This document shows positions 42,671-54,380 of a DNA stretch of 64,000 nucleotides, one piece after another. The stretch is from an uncultured Gemmatimonadaceae bacterium. Its GTDB lineage: Bacteria > Gemmatimonadota > Gemmatimonadetes > Gemmatimonadales > Gemmatimonadaceae. Position numbers and translations under genes: made by a program. The notes beneath the pieces were generated by a model. The model saw nothing but the letters and a program-made list of their open reading frames with translations. It did no database searches and was not told the origin of the DNA. The stretch spans positions 224,001 to 288,000 of the forward strand of contig CAVVTZ010000007.1 of assembly GCA_963751275.1 (NCBI GenBank), written 5' to 3'. How positions within the stretch are numbered: the first letter of the stretch is position 1; each line of letters starts with the position of its first letter.

Positions 42671-43492
42671 TCAGTTCTTGAGCGAGCCTGCCGGCAGGGA
42701 GTAGAGCAGCTTCATCGTCGCGCGGTCGGCGTCGGACAGTTCGCGCACGCGCACGCGCGCGGTCATGATGTTCATCGTGTCGGAGCTGTGATTGAGGCCC
42801 AGGAGGTGTCCCACCTCGTGGAGCGCGATCGCGTGGATCGCCTTCTCGTCCAGCGGCTCGCCGCCCGTGTGGTGCAGCGCGAGCATGATGCTCCCGTTCA
42901 CGATCCACCAGTTGCGATCGCGCGACCAGAGCGTGCGCCCGGTGATCTGCGTGTCGAACCGGTCGAGCCACCCGATCACGACGTCGGCGTCGGTGGAATC
43001 GCGCACGTACGTGAAGCGCATCGGCAGCCCGGTGAGCGCCCACGTCTCGAACGCCTCGTGCACCTGTTCGATGTAGTTCGGGTTCCAGTCCGGCTTGCCG
43101 GCGCCGTCCGCGACCCACACGCGCAGCGGATTGTCCAGGCGGTCGGGCCAGCGCGCGAGCCCCGAATCGCTCTCGGCGATGATCTCATCGAGGTACGTGC
43201 CCTTCTCGCCGAGCATCACGCGCCGGCGGATGTCCGCCACGTCGCGGTCGCCGGGAGCGGGCGCCACGGCGCCGGACGCCGCGCCGGCGACTCCCGAGTC
43301 CGGGGGCACGGCGACGGGCGCCGGCGCAACGGCCGCGGCGGCCGCCGCCGAGTCGTCGGGCAGCGGTGCGCTCGCCTTCATCCGCGCGGCTTCCTCAGCC
43401 TGCGTCTCCCGCATCTGGTCGATCGCCTGATAGGCGACGAATCCGATGATGGGGAACGCGAGGACGAGGGGCAGCGCGGTGGTGATCTTCAT
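42671..43492 (-). CDS. Matrixin (M10-like) metalloprotease
   Basis: HEVGHLLGLNH and Met-turn NIM. Confidence 0.9.
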   Translation of the reverse strand: MKITTALPLVLAFPIIGFVAYQAIDQMRETQAEEAARMKASAPLPDDSAAAAAAVAPAPVAVPPDSGVAGAASGAVAPAPGDRDVADIRRRVMLGEKGTYLDEIIAESDSGLARWPDRLDNPLRVWVADGAGKPDWNPNYIEQVHEAFETWALTGLPMRFTYVRDSTDADVVIGWLDRFDTQITGRTLWSRDRNWWIVNGSIMLALHHTGGEPLDEKAIHAIALHEVGHLLGLNHSSDTMNIMTARVRVRELSDADRATMKLLYSLPAGSLKN

Positions 43493-43566
43493 GTCGCGGT
43501 CACAGGGGGCAGAGTCGGGTCGCGGCGGGAGGGACCCCGCCATTCACTCTGACGAGCGAACCCCGC

Positions 43567-44595
43567 TCAACGTTCCGCGTTCCCCGAAAGGCGGCCCAGC
43601 GCCCAGGCGGCATGCGACCGCACCAGCGCTTCGGGGTCCTCTCGCTCCGCGCGCGCGAGCGGCGGCCGCGCACCCGGGCCCCCGCGGTTGCCGAGCGCCA
43701 CGGCGGCGTTGCGCGCGAGGCCGCGTCGTCCGGCGCGCGCCACCGCGGTGTCGCCGAAGCGCCGCTCGAACTGCGCGTCGGTGAGCGCGAGCAGCTCCGC
43801 CAGATCGGGCGCGATGTTCGCCTCGCGCGCGGCCACCGACGGGTCGCCCGCCGAGCTCGCGAATCGCTCGTTCCACGGGCACACGTCCTGGCACACATCG
43901 CAGCCGAAGGCGCGCTCGCCCAGCGCCTCGCGCAGCGCCTCCGGGATCGCGCCGCGCTGCTCGATCGTGAGGTACGAGATGCAGCGCGTGGCGTCGAGCA
44001 CACCGGGCTCGGGAAATGCCTTCGTGGGACAGGCGTCCAGACAGCGCGTGCAGCTCCCGCAATGCTCGGCGGCGAACGGCGCGTCGGCCGCGAGCGGCAG
44101 ATCGGTGAGCACGGTGCCGATCACGAAGAAGCTCCCCTTCCTCGGGTTGATCATCATGGTGTTCTTGCCGAACCAGCCGAGGCCGGCCTGTCGCGCGAGG
44201 TCGCGCTCGAGGATGGGCGCGGTGTCGGAATAGGCCTTCATCTTCACGGGGCGGCCGGCGTCGGCCGCGATGAGATGCCTTAGCTCGCGCAGCTTGTCGC
44301 GCATCACCGCGTGGTAGTCGCGGCCGCGCGCATACCGCGCGATCGGGCCGGCGGGCGTGCGGCCCCCATAGTCCAGGGTGACGACCACCGCCGAGCGCAT
44401 GCCGCGCGCGGGGCGGCGCGTGTCCCGCCGCCTGTCGGCCCAGCGTTTCAGGTAGTACATCTCTCCCGCATAACCGCGCTCGAGCCAGCGGTCGAAATGC
44501 GGAGCGGTGGGTGCGGGTCCGAGGGTCGCGATGCCGCAGAGGTCGAAGCCGAGCCCGTAGGCGTGCGCCTTGATCCGCGGCTCGAGGCGGGTCAC
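43567..44595 (-). CDS. queG: Epoxyqueuosine reductase
   Basis: IARYARGRDYH, DTAPILER, CGSCTRCLDACP, CISYLTIE, GCDVCQDVCPWN. Confidence 0.94.
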   Translation of the reverse strand: MTRLEPRIKAHAYGLGFDLCGIATLGPAPTAPHFDRWLERGYAGEMYYLKRWADRRRDTRRPARGMRSAVVVTLDYGGRTPAGPIARYARGRDYHAVMRDKLRELRHLIAADAGRPVKMKAYSDTAPILERDLARQAGLGWFGKNTMMINPRKGSFFVIGTVLTDLPLAADAPFAAEHCGSCTRCLDACPTKAFPEPGVLDATRCISYLTIEQRGAIPEALREALGERAFGCDVCQDVCPWNERFASSAGDPSVAAREANIAPDLAELLALTDAQFERRFGDTAVARAGRRGLARNAAVALGNRGGPGARPPLARAEREDPEALVRSHAAWALGRLSGNAER

Positions 44596-44855
44596 GGCCC
44601 GCGAACGGCCCAGCGCGCGTAGCGGATGATCTCGTCGGCGGTCGGGATCGCATCGGCGTCGCCGTACGCGGTGTACGTGCGCCAGCGGATGTACTCGCGC
44701 GCCGGCAGTGGGAGGAACGGTGCGCGATGCCACCATCCGCGGCGGCGGAAGCGCCACCCCGCGCGTACGAGGTCGCTCGCGAGCCGGGGGTTCACCAGCG
44801 CGCGGCCGGCGACGGTGAGCAGCGATCGGCTCCAGTTCCTTTGGGCGGCGGACAT
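44592..44855 (-). CDS. Hypothetical protein
   Basis: Overlaps the queG start; WW.RAPFLPLP..Y..WR..TAYG reads like a conserved small family. Confidence 0.7.
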   Translation of the reverse strand: MSAAQRNWSRSLLTVAGRALVNPRLASDLVRAGWRFRRRGWWHRAPFLPLPAREYIRWRTYTAYGDADAIPTADEIIRYARWAVRGP

Positions 44856-44877
44856 ACTCCAATCTTGCGGGTGCGCA

Positions 44878-45114
44878 GTGCTCTATCAACTCTTGTCTCT
44901 CACCGGGGCGGCGATCGTCCTCGTCGGATTCGCCGGTCTGCAGATGGGCCGGCTCGACCGGCGCAGCATCTGGTTCAACGCGCTGAATCTCGTGGGCTCG
45001 CTCTTCCTGCTCTGGGTGGCGGTGCATGACCGCCGCGCCGGGTTCATCGCGCTCGAGGCGATCTGGGCGCTGTTCTCGATCCCGCCGCTCGCGGTGCGGG
45101 CACGCGCTCCTTAG
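44878..45114 (+). CDS. Small 3-TM membrane protein (CBU_0592-like)
   Basis: GAAIVL.GF, LNLVGS, GFIALEAIW. Confidence 0.7.
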   Translation: MLYQLLSLTGAAIVLVGFAGLQMGRLDRRSIWFNALNLVGSLFLLWVAVHDRRAGFIALEAIWALFSIPPLAVRARAP

Positions 45115-45128
45115 CTTCCCACACCATC

Positions 45129-46109
45129 ATGGCAAAGAAGAAGACTGCCGCTAAACCGCGGGTGGGCCGCGTGGTCACGGCCATGGGCAAGAAGGCCGAC
45201 GTGCAGCACATCCCGGTCGCGGAGCAGGAGTCGCGCGCCGCGCTGCAGGAGCGCACGGAGGAGGGGCACATCAAGGCCGGCCGCACGCCGCCGTCGCGCA
45301 CGTCGGGTGCGCGCCACGCGGGCGCGGTGGAGCTCGCGGACACCGAGCGGCCGATCGACGACTCGATCCGCGACTATCTGCCGCCGCCCGTCACCGAGGA
45401 CGAGAAGCTTCTCGCCACCACGGCGCCGGGCCCCGACTTCACGCGCACGGATCCGTGGCGCGTGATGCGCATCATGTCGGAGTTCATCGAAGGCTTCGAC
45501 ACGCTCGCCGGCATCGACATGGGCGTCAGCATCTTCGGCTCGGCGCGCATCGGGCCGGATGACCCCGCGTACGCCGCGGCGCAGGAGACGGCGCGGCTGC
45601 TCGCCGTCGCCGGCTTCTCGATCATCACCGGGGCGGGGCCCGGCATCATGGAAGCGGCGAACAAGGGCGCGCGACTCGGCGGCGGGCGGTCCATCGGCTG
45701 CAACATCGAGTTGCCGTTCGAGCAGGGCGCCAACCCGTACGTCGATACCCTCATCAACTTCCGCTACTTCTTCGTCCGCAAGACGATGTTCGTGAAGTAC
45801 TCCTCGGCGTTCATCATCTTCCCGGGCGGCTTCGGCACGCTCGATGAATTGTTCGAGGCGCTCACGCTCATCCAGACCGGGAAGATCTACCATTTCCCGG
45901 TGGTGCTCTTCGGGCGGCGCTATTGGGCGGGACTCATCCGCTGGCTGCAATCGCGCGTGCTGCTCGAGCAGAAGATCTCCGCCGGCGACCTCGACCTCCT
46001 GCTCATGACCGACGATCCGGCGGAAGCGGCGAGCACCGTGATCGCCGCGCTCCAGACCCAGCGCAAGGCGCCGCCCAAGCGCCGCGCCACCGACATCCGC
46101 GAGAGCTGA
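45129..46109 (+). CDS. LOG/TIGR00730 family phosphoribohydrolase with N-terminal extension
   Basis: [30 protein letters not shown]. Confidence 0.93.
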   Translation: MAKKKTAAKPRVGRVVTAMGKKADVQHIPVAEQESRAALQERTEEGHIKAGRTPPSRTSGARHAGAVELADTERPIDDSIRDYLPPPVTEDEKLLATTAPGPDFTRTDPWRVMRIMSEFIEGFDTLAGIDMGVSIFGSARIGPDDPAYAAAQETARLLAVAGFSIITGAGPGIMEAANKGARLGGGRSIGCNIELPFEQGANPYVDTLINFRYFFVRKTMFVKYSSAFIIFPGGFGTLDELFEALTLIQTGKIYHFPVVLFGRRYWAGLIRWLQSRVLLEQKISAGDLDLLLMTDDPAEAASTVIAALQTQRKAPPKRRATDIRES

Positions 46110-46116
46110 CCGAACG

Positions 46117-47280
<1,164 letters not shown>

Positions 47281-47325
47281 CGACCAGTCGTTGGTCGTGA
47301 GCGTTCAGCACGACGACGGCGGACG

Positions 47326-48114
47326 TTAGCCGTCCTCGGCGCGGAGCGCCGAGCGGATGAGATTCCGGTTGGAGAGCTTGCCGCGCGAGATGACCCAGGT
47401 GAAGCCGTCGCGGCCGAGCAGGCGCTTCGTGATCGCGGGCACGGACATCCCAGTTGCGGCGAGACGGCGCGCTTCGCCGATGATCCCTTCCATCCAATCG
47501 GCCTTCGCGCGCAGCGTGCTCACCGGATCGTGCAGCGGCCCGCGGTGCGCGCAGAAGACGCGCTTGGGCGCGAGCGCGATCACGGCGTGGAGGCTGCGCA
47601 CGATGCCGTGCACATCTTCGGCGTCCTGCGCGAGCCGCATCTTCACGCTGAGGAACAGGTCGCCCGAGAAGATCGTCTCGCGCTCGGCGTCCCAGACGAC
47701 GTGGTGATCGGGCGTGTGCCCCGGGGTGGGCACGAGGCGAAGACCCGCGGGGTCGAAGCGCACTACGGGAGAGCGCAGCGCCGGCGGCGTCCCCCAATTG
47801 ATGCGCCGGTAGAGCCCGAGCGGCTTGCCGTTGCGAATGGCCGCGAGCGTCGCGTCGGATGCCGCGACCGGAACCCCGCCGCGCACGAGGAGCTCGAGGT
47901 TCCCCGCGTGATCCTCGTGCTGGTGCGTGACGAGCACGCCATTCGGCCGCGTGCCATCGAGCCATTTGGCCAAGTCATGCGCGACGGCGGGGAACCCGGT
48001 GTCCACGAGCATCCCGCGCGTGAGATACGCGCTCGCTTCGTATCCGAGGGCACGCGTGACCGAAGTCGACATGCGCAGTCGCGTGACATCGCCGAATCTC
48101 TCGATCGCGAGCAT
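47326..48114 (-). CDS. MBL-fold metallo-hydrolase
   Basis: THQHEDHAG, TPGHTPDH, SGD, CAH. Confidence 0.9.
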   Translation of the reverse strand: MLAIERFGDVTRLRMSTSVTRALGYEASAYLTRGMLVDTGFPAVAHDLAKWLDGTRPNGVLVTHQHEDHAGNLELLVRGGVPVAASDATLAAIRNGKPLGLYRRINWGTPPALRSPVVRFDPAGLRLVPTPGHTPDHHVVWDAERETIFSGDLFLSVKMRLAQDAEDVHGIVRSLHAVIALAPKRVFCAHRGPLHDPVSTLRAKADWMEGIIGEARRLAATGMSVPAITKRLLGRDGFTWVISRGKLSNRNLIRSALRAEDG

Positions 48115-48208
48115 GTAGTGAAAGGTAATTCGGGCAACTGCGTGAGTGGGTTGGTCCATCGCGCAGCGTCGCGAGGCCGACCGCGTCGGGACCGCCAGTG
48201 CGCTTACA

Positions 48209-48539
48209 CGCTTCGAGCCTCGCGCAACTGCGCGCGAGTCTCTCGCTACGCGCTCCGGCGGCCCTCTGCGGCCGGCCTCGCTCCGCCCACGAGGATCCCG
48301 AACCCCGGGGCAGTTTGCCCGCGATATTCCGCATGGGCGCGCCCCGCGAGATTCGGCGTCGAGCGGCTGCACATCCCGGCAGAAGGATCTTCGCGCGGGC
48401 TTGTCGCAGTTCGAGATCCCCAGGCGGGTGGCGCGCTCCCGAGCGCGGCCCCAGCGAAAAGCGAGAGACTCGCGCGTAGTGTGCGCGAGGCTCGAAGCGG
48501 TTTGAGCGTCGGCCGCTGCGAGGGAGTGCGCCACCCGCC
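48209..48539. repeat. Two interleaved inverted repeats upstream of greA
   Basis: 48209-48247 pairs with 48460-48499; 48423-48440 pairs with 48522-48539 (17/18). Confidence 0.8.
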
Positions 48540-48651
48540 GGAATCGCGCGAGAAGGGTAGACATCCCGCGCCCCCCATCCTACTATCCATACAACGCACC
48601 ACTGCGCCCGGCCTCATCGGCTGGGCGCTCCCATTTTCTACCAACGCGCGA

Positions 48652-49128
48652 ATGCTCGAAGCCCTGAAAGAGAAACTCGGCGCCGAAGTCGAGCGGCTCC
48701 AGCACGAATTGAACGTCGTCCTCCCGGCGGAGATCCGGCGCGCCGTGGAGCTCGGCGACCTGAAGGAGAACAGCGAATACAAGAGCGCCCTCGAGCGCCA
48801 GGCGTTCGTGCAGGCGCGCCTGGGGCAGCTGCGCAGCCGGCTCTCCAAGCTCTCGCAGATCGACCTGAGCCAGATCCCCACCGATCGCGTCGGCCTCGGC
48901 TCGCGCGTCGTGGTGGAGGATGTGAAGACGAGCGCGAACGAGGTGTACTTCCTCGTCTTCGGCGATTCCGTTGAGTTCGAGGACGGCCACGTCACGATGA
49001 GCTCCGTGATCGGGCTCGCGCTGCAGGGGAAATCCGTGGGCGACGTCGTGCTGCTGCGCCTGCCGAAGATGACGCGCTCGCTGAAGATCGTGGAACTGCA
49101 GACGATCCACGTCTCGCCGAAGGGCTGA
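48652..49128 (+). CDS. greA: GreA/GreB transcription elongation factor
   Basis: ELGDLKENSEY, VGLGSRV, IGLALQGKSVGD. Confidence 0.9.
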   Translation: MLEALKEKLGAEVERLQHELNVVLPAEIRRAVELGDLKENSEYKSALERQAFVQARLGQLRSRLSKLSQIDLSQIPTDRVGLGSRVVVEDVKTSANEVYFLVFGDSVEFEDGHVTMSSVIGLALQGKSVGDVVLLRLPKMTRSLKIVELQTIHVSPKG

Positions 49129-49129
49129 C

Positions 49130-50656
49130 CTACTCGATCCGGAAGATCCGCTCCACGTCGGCGGCGTAGCGCAGGACCTCGTCGCGCTCGCGCTCCGGCG
49201 TCCAGCCGAGCAGCGGCGCCATCACGTGCGCGACGGCGGGCGCCACCGAGCGGCCATGGTCGGCCGTCTCGAAAGCGAGCGGGATCCGCCGCACCAGCAC
49301 ATCGGACACTCTGAGCGCCATGCCGTGCGTGACGGCATCGCGCACCTGACCCCACACGTGGGTCAATCCGGGCGCGAGCGGAACGGCGCCGGGCCCATCG
49401 AAGCTGGACGTGAGGTCGCGGTCGCGCAGTTCCTTCGTGTCCGTGCGAGACCGGCGGACCTTCCGGCCGAGCATCTGTTGCGCGCGGTCCACGATCTGCG
49501 CGGCCATCAAGCGGTTCGTCGTAAGCTTCCCGCCGGTGACGGTGAGCATTCCCGGCGCGGTGAGGGTGATCGCGTGTTCGCGCGAAACGGCGGCCGTGGT
49601 CGCGGCGCTGCTCGCGACCAGGGGACGGATGCCCGCCCACGCTGAGACCACATCGCGCGCCTGGAGCGCCGCGTCGGGGGCGTAGTGGTTCACCGCCTCG
49701 AGCAGATAATCCACGTCGCCGCGCGTGGCGCGCACCTCATCCGGCGAGCCGTCGTAATCGGTGTCGGTGGTGCCGACGATCGTGAACTCTCGTGCGGGGA
49801 GGATGAACATCACGCGGCCGTCACGCGGATGCGTGATCGCGATCGCCTGTTCGTTGCCGACGCGCATGCGCGGCACCGCAATGTGCGCGCCCTTGGTGCC
49901 TCGAATGCCGGCCTTGGTCTTCGGGTCGGCCATCCGCTGCAGTGCATCCGTCCACGGACCGGTGGCGTTGATCACGCAGCGCGCGGCGGCGCGCACGACG
50001 CGGCCGGTGAACGCGCATTCGAGCTCCGCGCCGCGCACTTCGCCGCCCTCCACGATCAGCGACCGTACGCGCGCGTGGTTCGCCACGTAGGCACCGCTCT
50101 CCGCCGCGGCGCGTGCGTTCGCGAGTGTGAGCAGCGCGTCGTCGGTGTGCGCATCGAAGTAGGTGCCGCCGCCCACGAGATCATCCTGGCGCAAGCACGG
50201 CTCGAGCGTTTCGATCCCCGACGCGCTGAACATCCGGTGACGGCCAATGTTGCGGAAGATCGCGAGCGCGTCGTACAGCGTGAGCGCCGCGCGCAGCTTC
50301 CATGTGGGCACGCGTGCGCCTTTATATACCGGCCACGTGAAGCGCAGCGGCGTCACGAGGTGCGGCGCGATGCGCAGCAGCGTGCGCCGCTCGCGGCTCG
50401 CTTCGAACACGAGATGGAACTGCCCGTGCTCCAGGTAGCGCAGTCCGCCGTGCACGAGGCGCGAGCTCCGGCTCGACGTGCCGCTCGCGAAATCGTCGCG
50501 CTCCACGAGCGCAGTGCTCAAGCCCCGCATCGCGGCGTCGCGCGCCGTGGCCGCGCCGGTGATCCCGCCGCCCACGATGAGCACGTCCAGCTCGCCGGCG
50601 CCGATCTGGTCGAGCGAGGCGGCGCGCGACGCGGCGGAGAACTCGGTGCGGTTCAC
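49130..50656 (-). CDS. glpD: FAD-dependent glycerol-3-phosphate dehydrogenase
   Basis: GGGITG, GTSSRSSRLVHGGLRYL, NATGPW, GIRPL, GGKLTT. Confidence 0.93.
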   Translation of the reverse strand: MNRTEFSAASRAASLDQIGAGELDVLIVGGGITGAATARDAAMRGLSTALVERDDFASGTSSRSSRLVHGGLRYLEHGQFHLVFEASRERRTLLRIAPHLVTPLRFTWPVYKGARVPTWKLRAALTLYDALAIFRNIGRHRMFSASGIETLEPCLRQDDLVGGGTYFDAHTDDALLTLANARAAAESGAYVANHARVRSLIVEGGEVRGAELECAFTGRVVRAAARCVINATGPWTDALQRMADPKTKAGIRGTKGAHIAVPRMRVGNEQAIAITHPRDGRVMFILPAREFTIVGTTDTDYDGSPDEVRATRGDVDYLLEAVNHYAPDAALQARDVVSAWAGIRPLVASSAATTAAVSREHAITLTAPGMLTVTGGKLTTNRLMAAQIVDRAQQMLGRKVRRSRTDTKELRDRDLTSSFDGPGAVPLAPGLTHVWGQVRDAVTHGMALRVSDVLVRRIPLAFETADHGRSVAPAVAHVMAPLLGWTPERERDEVLRYAADVERIFRIE

Positions 50657-50746
50657 GAGGGGAACGCTATGTAGGAGATAGGGCGGGGGTCAATGCGGAT
50701 GTTTGCCGATTGGCAACGCCCGAGCGGGCCGTCTAAGTTTCCCCTC

Positions 50747-52045
50747 ATGTCAACATACGGGAACGGGCGGCGGGTCGCGATCGTTGCGGGCCTGCGCACG
50801 CCCTTCGCGCGTTCCGGCACCACGCTGCGCTCGGTGAGCGCCGAGGACCTCGGCCGCCGCGTCGTCTGCGAACTCATCGCCCGCACCGACCTCACCGGCC
50901 GCGAGATCGACATGCTCGTCTTCGGCACGGTCATCCCTTCCGTGCTCGCCCCGAACATCGCGCGCGAGATCGCGCTGAGCCCATCGCTCCCCAAGGGGAT
51001 CCAGGCGTACTCGGTGAGCCGCGCGTGCGCCAGCGCGAACCAGGCGATCACCGACGCGGCGGACCAGATCGCGCTCGGCCACGCCGACGTCGCGATCGCG
51101 GGCGGCGCCGAATCGCTCAGCAACGTGCCGATCCTGCATTCGCGCGGAATGTCCGACGTGCTCGTCGCCGCCTCCAAGGCGAAGACGCTCGGCGCGCGGC
51201 TCGGCGCGTTCACCCGGCTGCGCCCGAAGGACTTCATCCCGATCACGCCGGCGATCGCGGAAGCGACCACCGGCGAGACGATGGGGCAGAGCGCCGAGAA
51301 GATGGCGAAGATCAATCACATCCCGCGCGACGAGCAGGACCAGTTCGCGCTGCGGTCGCACCGCCTCGCCGCCGCGGGCACGCAGGACGGGCGGCTGACG
51401 CAGGAGATCATGCCCTTCTACGTGCCGCCGAAGTTCGAGAAATGGGAGACGAGCGACAACGGCATCCGCACCGACACGAGCCTCGAGCAGCTCGCGGCGC
51501 TCAAGCCGGTGTTCGACCGGAAGTACGGCAGCGTGACGGCGGGCAATTCCAGCCCACTCACCGACGGCGCCGCCTGCGTTCTCCTAATGAGCGAGGAGAA
51601 GGCGCACGCGCTCGGCTTCAAGCCGATCGCGTTCATCCGGAGCTATGCGTACGCGGCGCTCGACCCGGGCGAACAGCTGCTGCAAGCGCCGGTGCTCGCC
51701 GCGCCGGTGGCGCTGCAGCGCGCGGGGCTTTCGCTGGGCGATATCGATCTCGTGGAGATGCATGAGGCGTTCGCGGCGCAGGTGTTGAGCAACCTGCAGG
51801 GGTTCGAGAGCCAGGTGTGGGCTGAGCGTGCGGGCTTCTCGAAACCGGTGGGACGCGTGGACCGCTCGAAGCTCAACGTGATGGGCGGCTCGATCTCGAT
51901 CGGGCATCCGTTCGGCGCGACGGGCGCGCGCATCACGATGACCCTCGCGAACGAACTCTGGCGGCGCGGCTCACAATTCGGATTGCTCACGGTATGCGCC
52001 GCCGGCGGGCTCGGCTGCGCGATGGTCCTGGAGAACGCCTCATGA
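50747..52045 (+). CDS. fadI: 3-ketoacyl-CoA thiolase
   Basis: SRACAS, NSSPLTDGA, HEAFAAQ, GHPFGATG, CAAGG. Confidence 0.93.
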   Translation: MSTYGNGRRVAIVAGLRTPFARSGTTLRSVSAEDLGRRVVCELIARTDLTGREIDMLVFGTVIPSVLAPNIAREIALSPSLPKGIQAYSVSRACASANQAITDAADQIALGHADVAIAGGAESLSNVPILHSRGMSDVLVAASKAKTLGARLGAFTRLRPKDFIPITPAIAEATTGETMGQSAEKMAKINHIPRDEQDQFALRSHRLAAAGTQDGRLTQEIMPFYVPPKFEKWETSDNGIRTDTSLEQLAALKPVFDRKYGSVTAGNSSPLTDGAACVLLMSEEKAHALGFKPIAFIRSYAYAALDPGEQLLQAPVLAAPVALQRAGLSLGDIDLVEMHEAFAAQVLSNLQGFESQVWAERAGFSKPVGRVDRSKLNVMGGSISIGHPFGATGARITMTLANELWRRGSQFGLLTVCAAGGLGCAMVLENAS

Positions 52046-54222
52046 GCCCCGAGAAGATCTTCGCCGGCGGCGCACTGGGCGTGGAAGTCGAGGACGGCGT
52101 CGCGGTCATCACGTTCGATTTGCCCGGCGAGAGCGTGAACAAGTTCACCAGTGGCGTGGTGGACGAGTTCGCGTCGATCCTGGACCGGCTGCAGCGCGAC
52201 AACGACATCAAGGCGGCGGTGCTGATCTCCGGCAAGCCCGACATGTTCATCGCCGGCGCGGACATCGACCAGTTCCTCACCATCCGCATGGCGAGCGATG
52301 GCGAATCGATGAGCGCCGCGGGGCAGCTCATGATGGACCGGCTCGCGCGGATCCGCACGCCGATCGTGGTGGCGATCCATGGCGCGTGCATGGGCGGCGG
52401 CCTCGAGGCCGCGCTCGCGTGCGCGTACCGCATCTGCACCGATCATCCGAAAACAGTGCTCGCGCTGCCCGAGGTGATGCTCGGCCTCATTCCCGGCGCC
52501 GGCGGCACACAACGGCTGCCGCGCACGGTGGGACTGCGCAACGCGCTCGACATGATCCTCACCGGCAAGAACATCCGCGCGAAGAAAGCGCTGCAGATGG
52601 GGCTGGTGGATGAGATGGTGCACCCGGCGATCCTGCGCGAGATCGCCATCGACCGCGCGAAGAAGCTCGGCGCCGGCTCGATGAAACGCTCGCGCGGCGC
52701 GAAGTCCATCGGATTCATGGGCTGGGTGCTCGAGAAGAACCCGCTCGGGCGCGCGATCGTCTTCCGGCAGGCGCGTGCGAGCGTGATGGAGAAGACGCAC
52801 GGGAATTTCCCGGCGCCGCTCGCGGCCATCGAGGCGGTGCGCACCGGGCTCTCGCACGGCATGGCGCGCGGATTCCACGAGGAAGCGCGGCTGTTCGGCG
52901 AGATGTCGGTGACCGAGGCATGCAAGCAGCTGATCTTCCTCTTCTTCGCCACCACCGCGCTCAAGAAGGACCCTGGCACCGACGAGCCTGCCGAAGCACT
53001 GCCCGTCGCGAAGCTCGGTGTGCTTGGCGCGGGATTCATGGGCGCCGGCATCGCGAGCATCGCCGCGATGCAGAAGACCACCGTGCGCCTGAAGGACGCC
53101 ACGCTCGACCGCGTGGCGAAGGGGCTCAAGGCGGTCTCCGATGTGCTGCGCGAGCGGCTTACCAGGAAGCAGATCACGCGCCGCGAGTACGAGGACCAGA
53201 TGCTCCTCGTGGGCGGTACCGTGGACTACTCGGGATTCTCGAGCGTGGACCTCGTGATCGAAGCGGTGTTCGAGGACCTCACGCTCAAGCACAAGGTGCT
53301 GAAGGAGACGGAGGCGGTCATCCCGGCCGACGCGATCTACGCGTCGAACACGAGCACGATCCCGATCACGAAGATCGCCGAGGTGTCGAAGCGGCCGGAG
53401 CAGGTGCTCGGCATGCACTTCTTCAGTCCCGTGCACAAGATGCCGCTGCTCGAAGTGATCGTGACGCCGAAGACGTCGCCGGTCGCGACCGTTACCGCGG
53501 TCGCGTTCGGCAAGAAGCTCGGCAAGCACGTGATCGTCGTGCACGATGGGCCGGGCTTCTACACCACGCGCACGCTGTCGGCGTACATGAACGAGGCCGG
53601 CTATCTGCTGGACGAGGGCGTGTCGATCGATGCGCTCGATCACGCGATGGTGGACATGGGATTCCCAGTGGGCCCGATCACGCTGATGGATGAGGTGGGG
53701 CTCGACGTGGGCGGCAAGGTGGGGCAGGTGCTGTTCGATGCGTTCGGCGAACGAATGAAGCCGAGCGCGTCGCTCGCGCGCGTGGCCGCCGACGGCCGCA
53801 CGGGGCGCAAGGGCGGCAAGGGATTCTATCTCTACGAGAACGGCCGTAAGAAGGGCGTGGACCGGAGCGTGTACGCGCTGCTGCCCACGGGCGCGAACCG
53901 GGTGGAGATGGCGGCCGCCGAGATGCAGCAGCGGTGCATGCTCGCGCTGCTGAACGAAGCGGCGCGCTGTCTGGAGGACGGCATCCTCCGCTCTGCGCGC
54001 GATGGTGACGTGGGTGCGGTGTTCGGCATCGGGTTCCCGCCATTCCTCGGCGGACCGTTCCGGCACATCGATCATGAGGGCGTGGACAACATCGTGCGCC
54101 AGCTCGAGCTGCTGCACACGCGATTCTCGCCGCGCTTCGAGCCGTGCCGATTGCTCATCGGGATGGCCGAGACGCACACGCGATTCTACCCGGCGGAGGG
54201 GAATCCGCTGGGAACTGCGTAA
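52042..54222 (+). CDS. fadJ: Fatty-acid oxidation complex alpha subunit
   Basis: FIAGADI, GGGLE, PEVMLG (hydratase); GAGFMG, SNTS, GMHFFSP (dehydrogenase). Confidence 0.93.
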   Translation: MSPEKIFAGGALGVEVEDGVAVITFDLPGESVNKFTSGVVDEFASILDRLQRDNDIKAAVLISGKPDMFIAGADIDQFLTIRMASDGESMSAAGQLMMDRLARIRTPIVVAIHGACMGGGLEAALACAYRICTDHPKTVLALPEVMLGLIPGAGGTQRLPRTVGLRNALDMILTGKNIRAKKALQMGLVDEMVHPAILREIAIDRAKKLGAGSMKRSRGAKSIGFMGWVLEKNPLGRAIVFRQARASVMEKTHGNFPAPLAAIEAVRTGLSHGMARGFHEEARLFGEMSVTEACKQLIFLFFATTALKKDPGTDEPAEALPVAKLGVLGAGFMGAGIASIAAMQKTTVRLKDATLDRVAKGLKAVSDVLRERLTRKQITRREYEDQMLLVGGTVDYSGFSSVDLVIEAVFEDLTLKHKVLKETEAVIPADAIYASNTSTIPITKIAEVSKRPEQVLGMHFFSPVHKMPLLEVIVTPKTSPVATVTAVAFGKKLGKHVIVVHDGPGFYTTRTLSAYMNEAGYLLDEGVSIDALDHAMVDMGFPVGPITLMDEVGLDVGGKVGQVLFDAFGERMKPSASLARVAADGRTGRKGGKGFYLYENGRKKGVDRSVYALLPTGANRVEMAAAEMQQRCMLALLNEAARCLEDGILRSARDGDVGAVFGIGFPPFLGGPFRHIDHEGVDNIVRQLELLHTRFSPRFEPCRLLIGMAETHTRFYPAEGNPLGTA

Positions 54223-54231
54223 GAGCAGGGC

Positions 54232-54380
54232 CTAGTAACGCTGAAACGGCGCGTCTGGGAGGCAGCGTGTAGTACGGCGCGGCGGGAGTGGACCAACGAA
54301 CCACTCTCGCCTTCGCCATTCAACTCCCGCCCTGCCGTACCACACGCTGCCTCCCAGACGCGCCTCTCAAGCGGTACTAG
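54232..54380. mobile_element. MITE/REP-like hairpin element, copy 2
   Basis: CTAGTAACGCT...AGCGGTACTAG with the same internal stem as copy 1 and a longer loop. Confidence 0.78.

Noticed and set aside
48115..48651. RNase P RNA, tmRNA or 6S RNA
   Set aside because: No GAGGAAAGTCC or tRNA-like termini recognised; structure is explained by inverted repeats.
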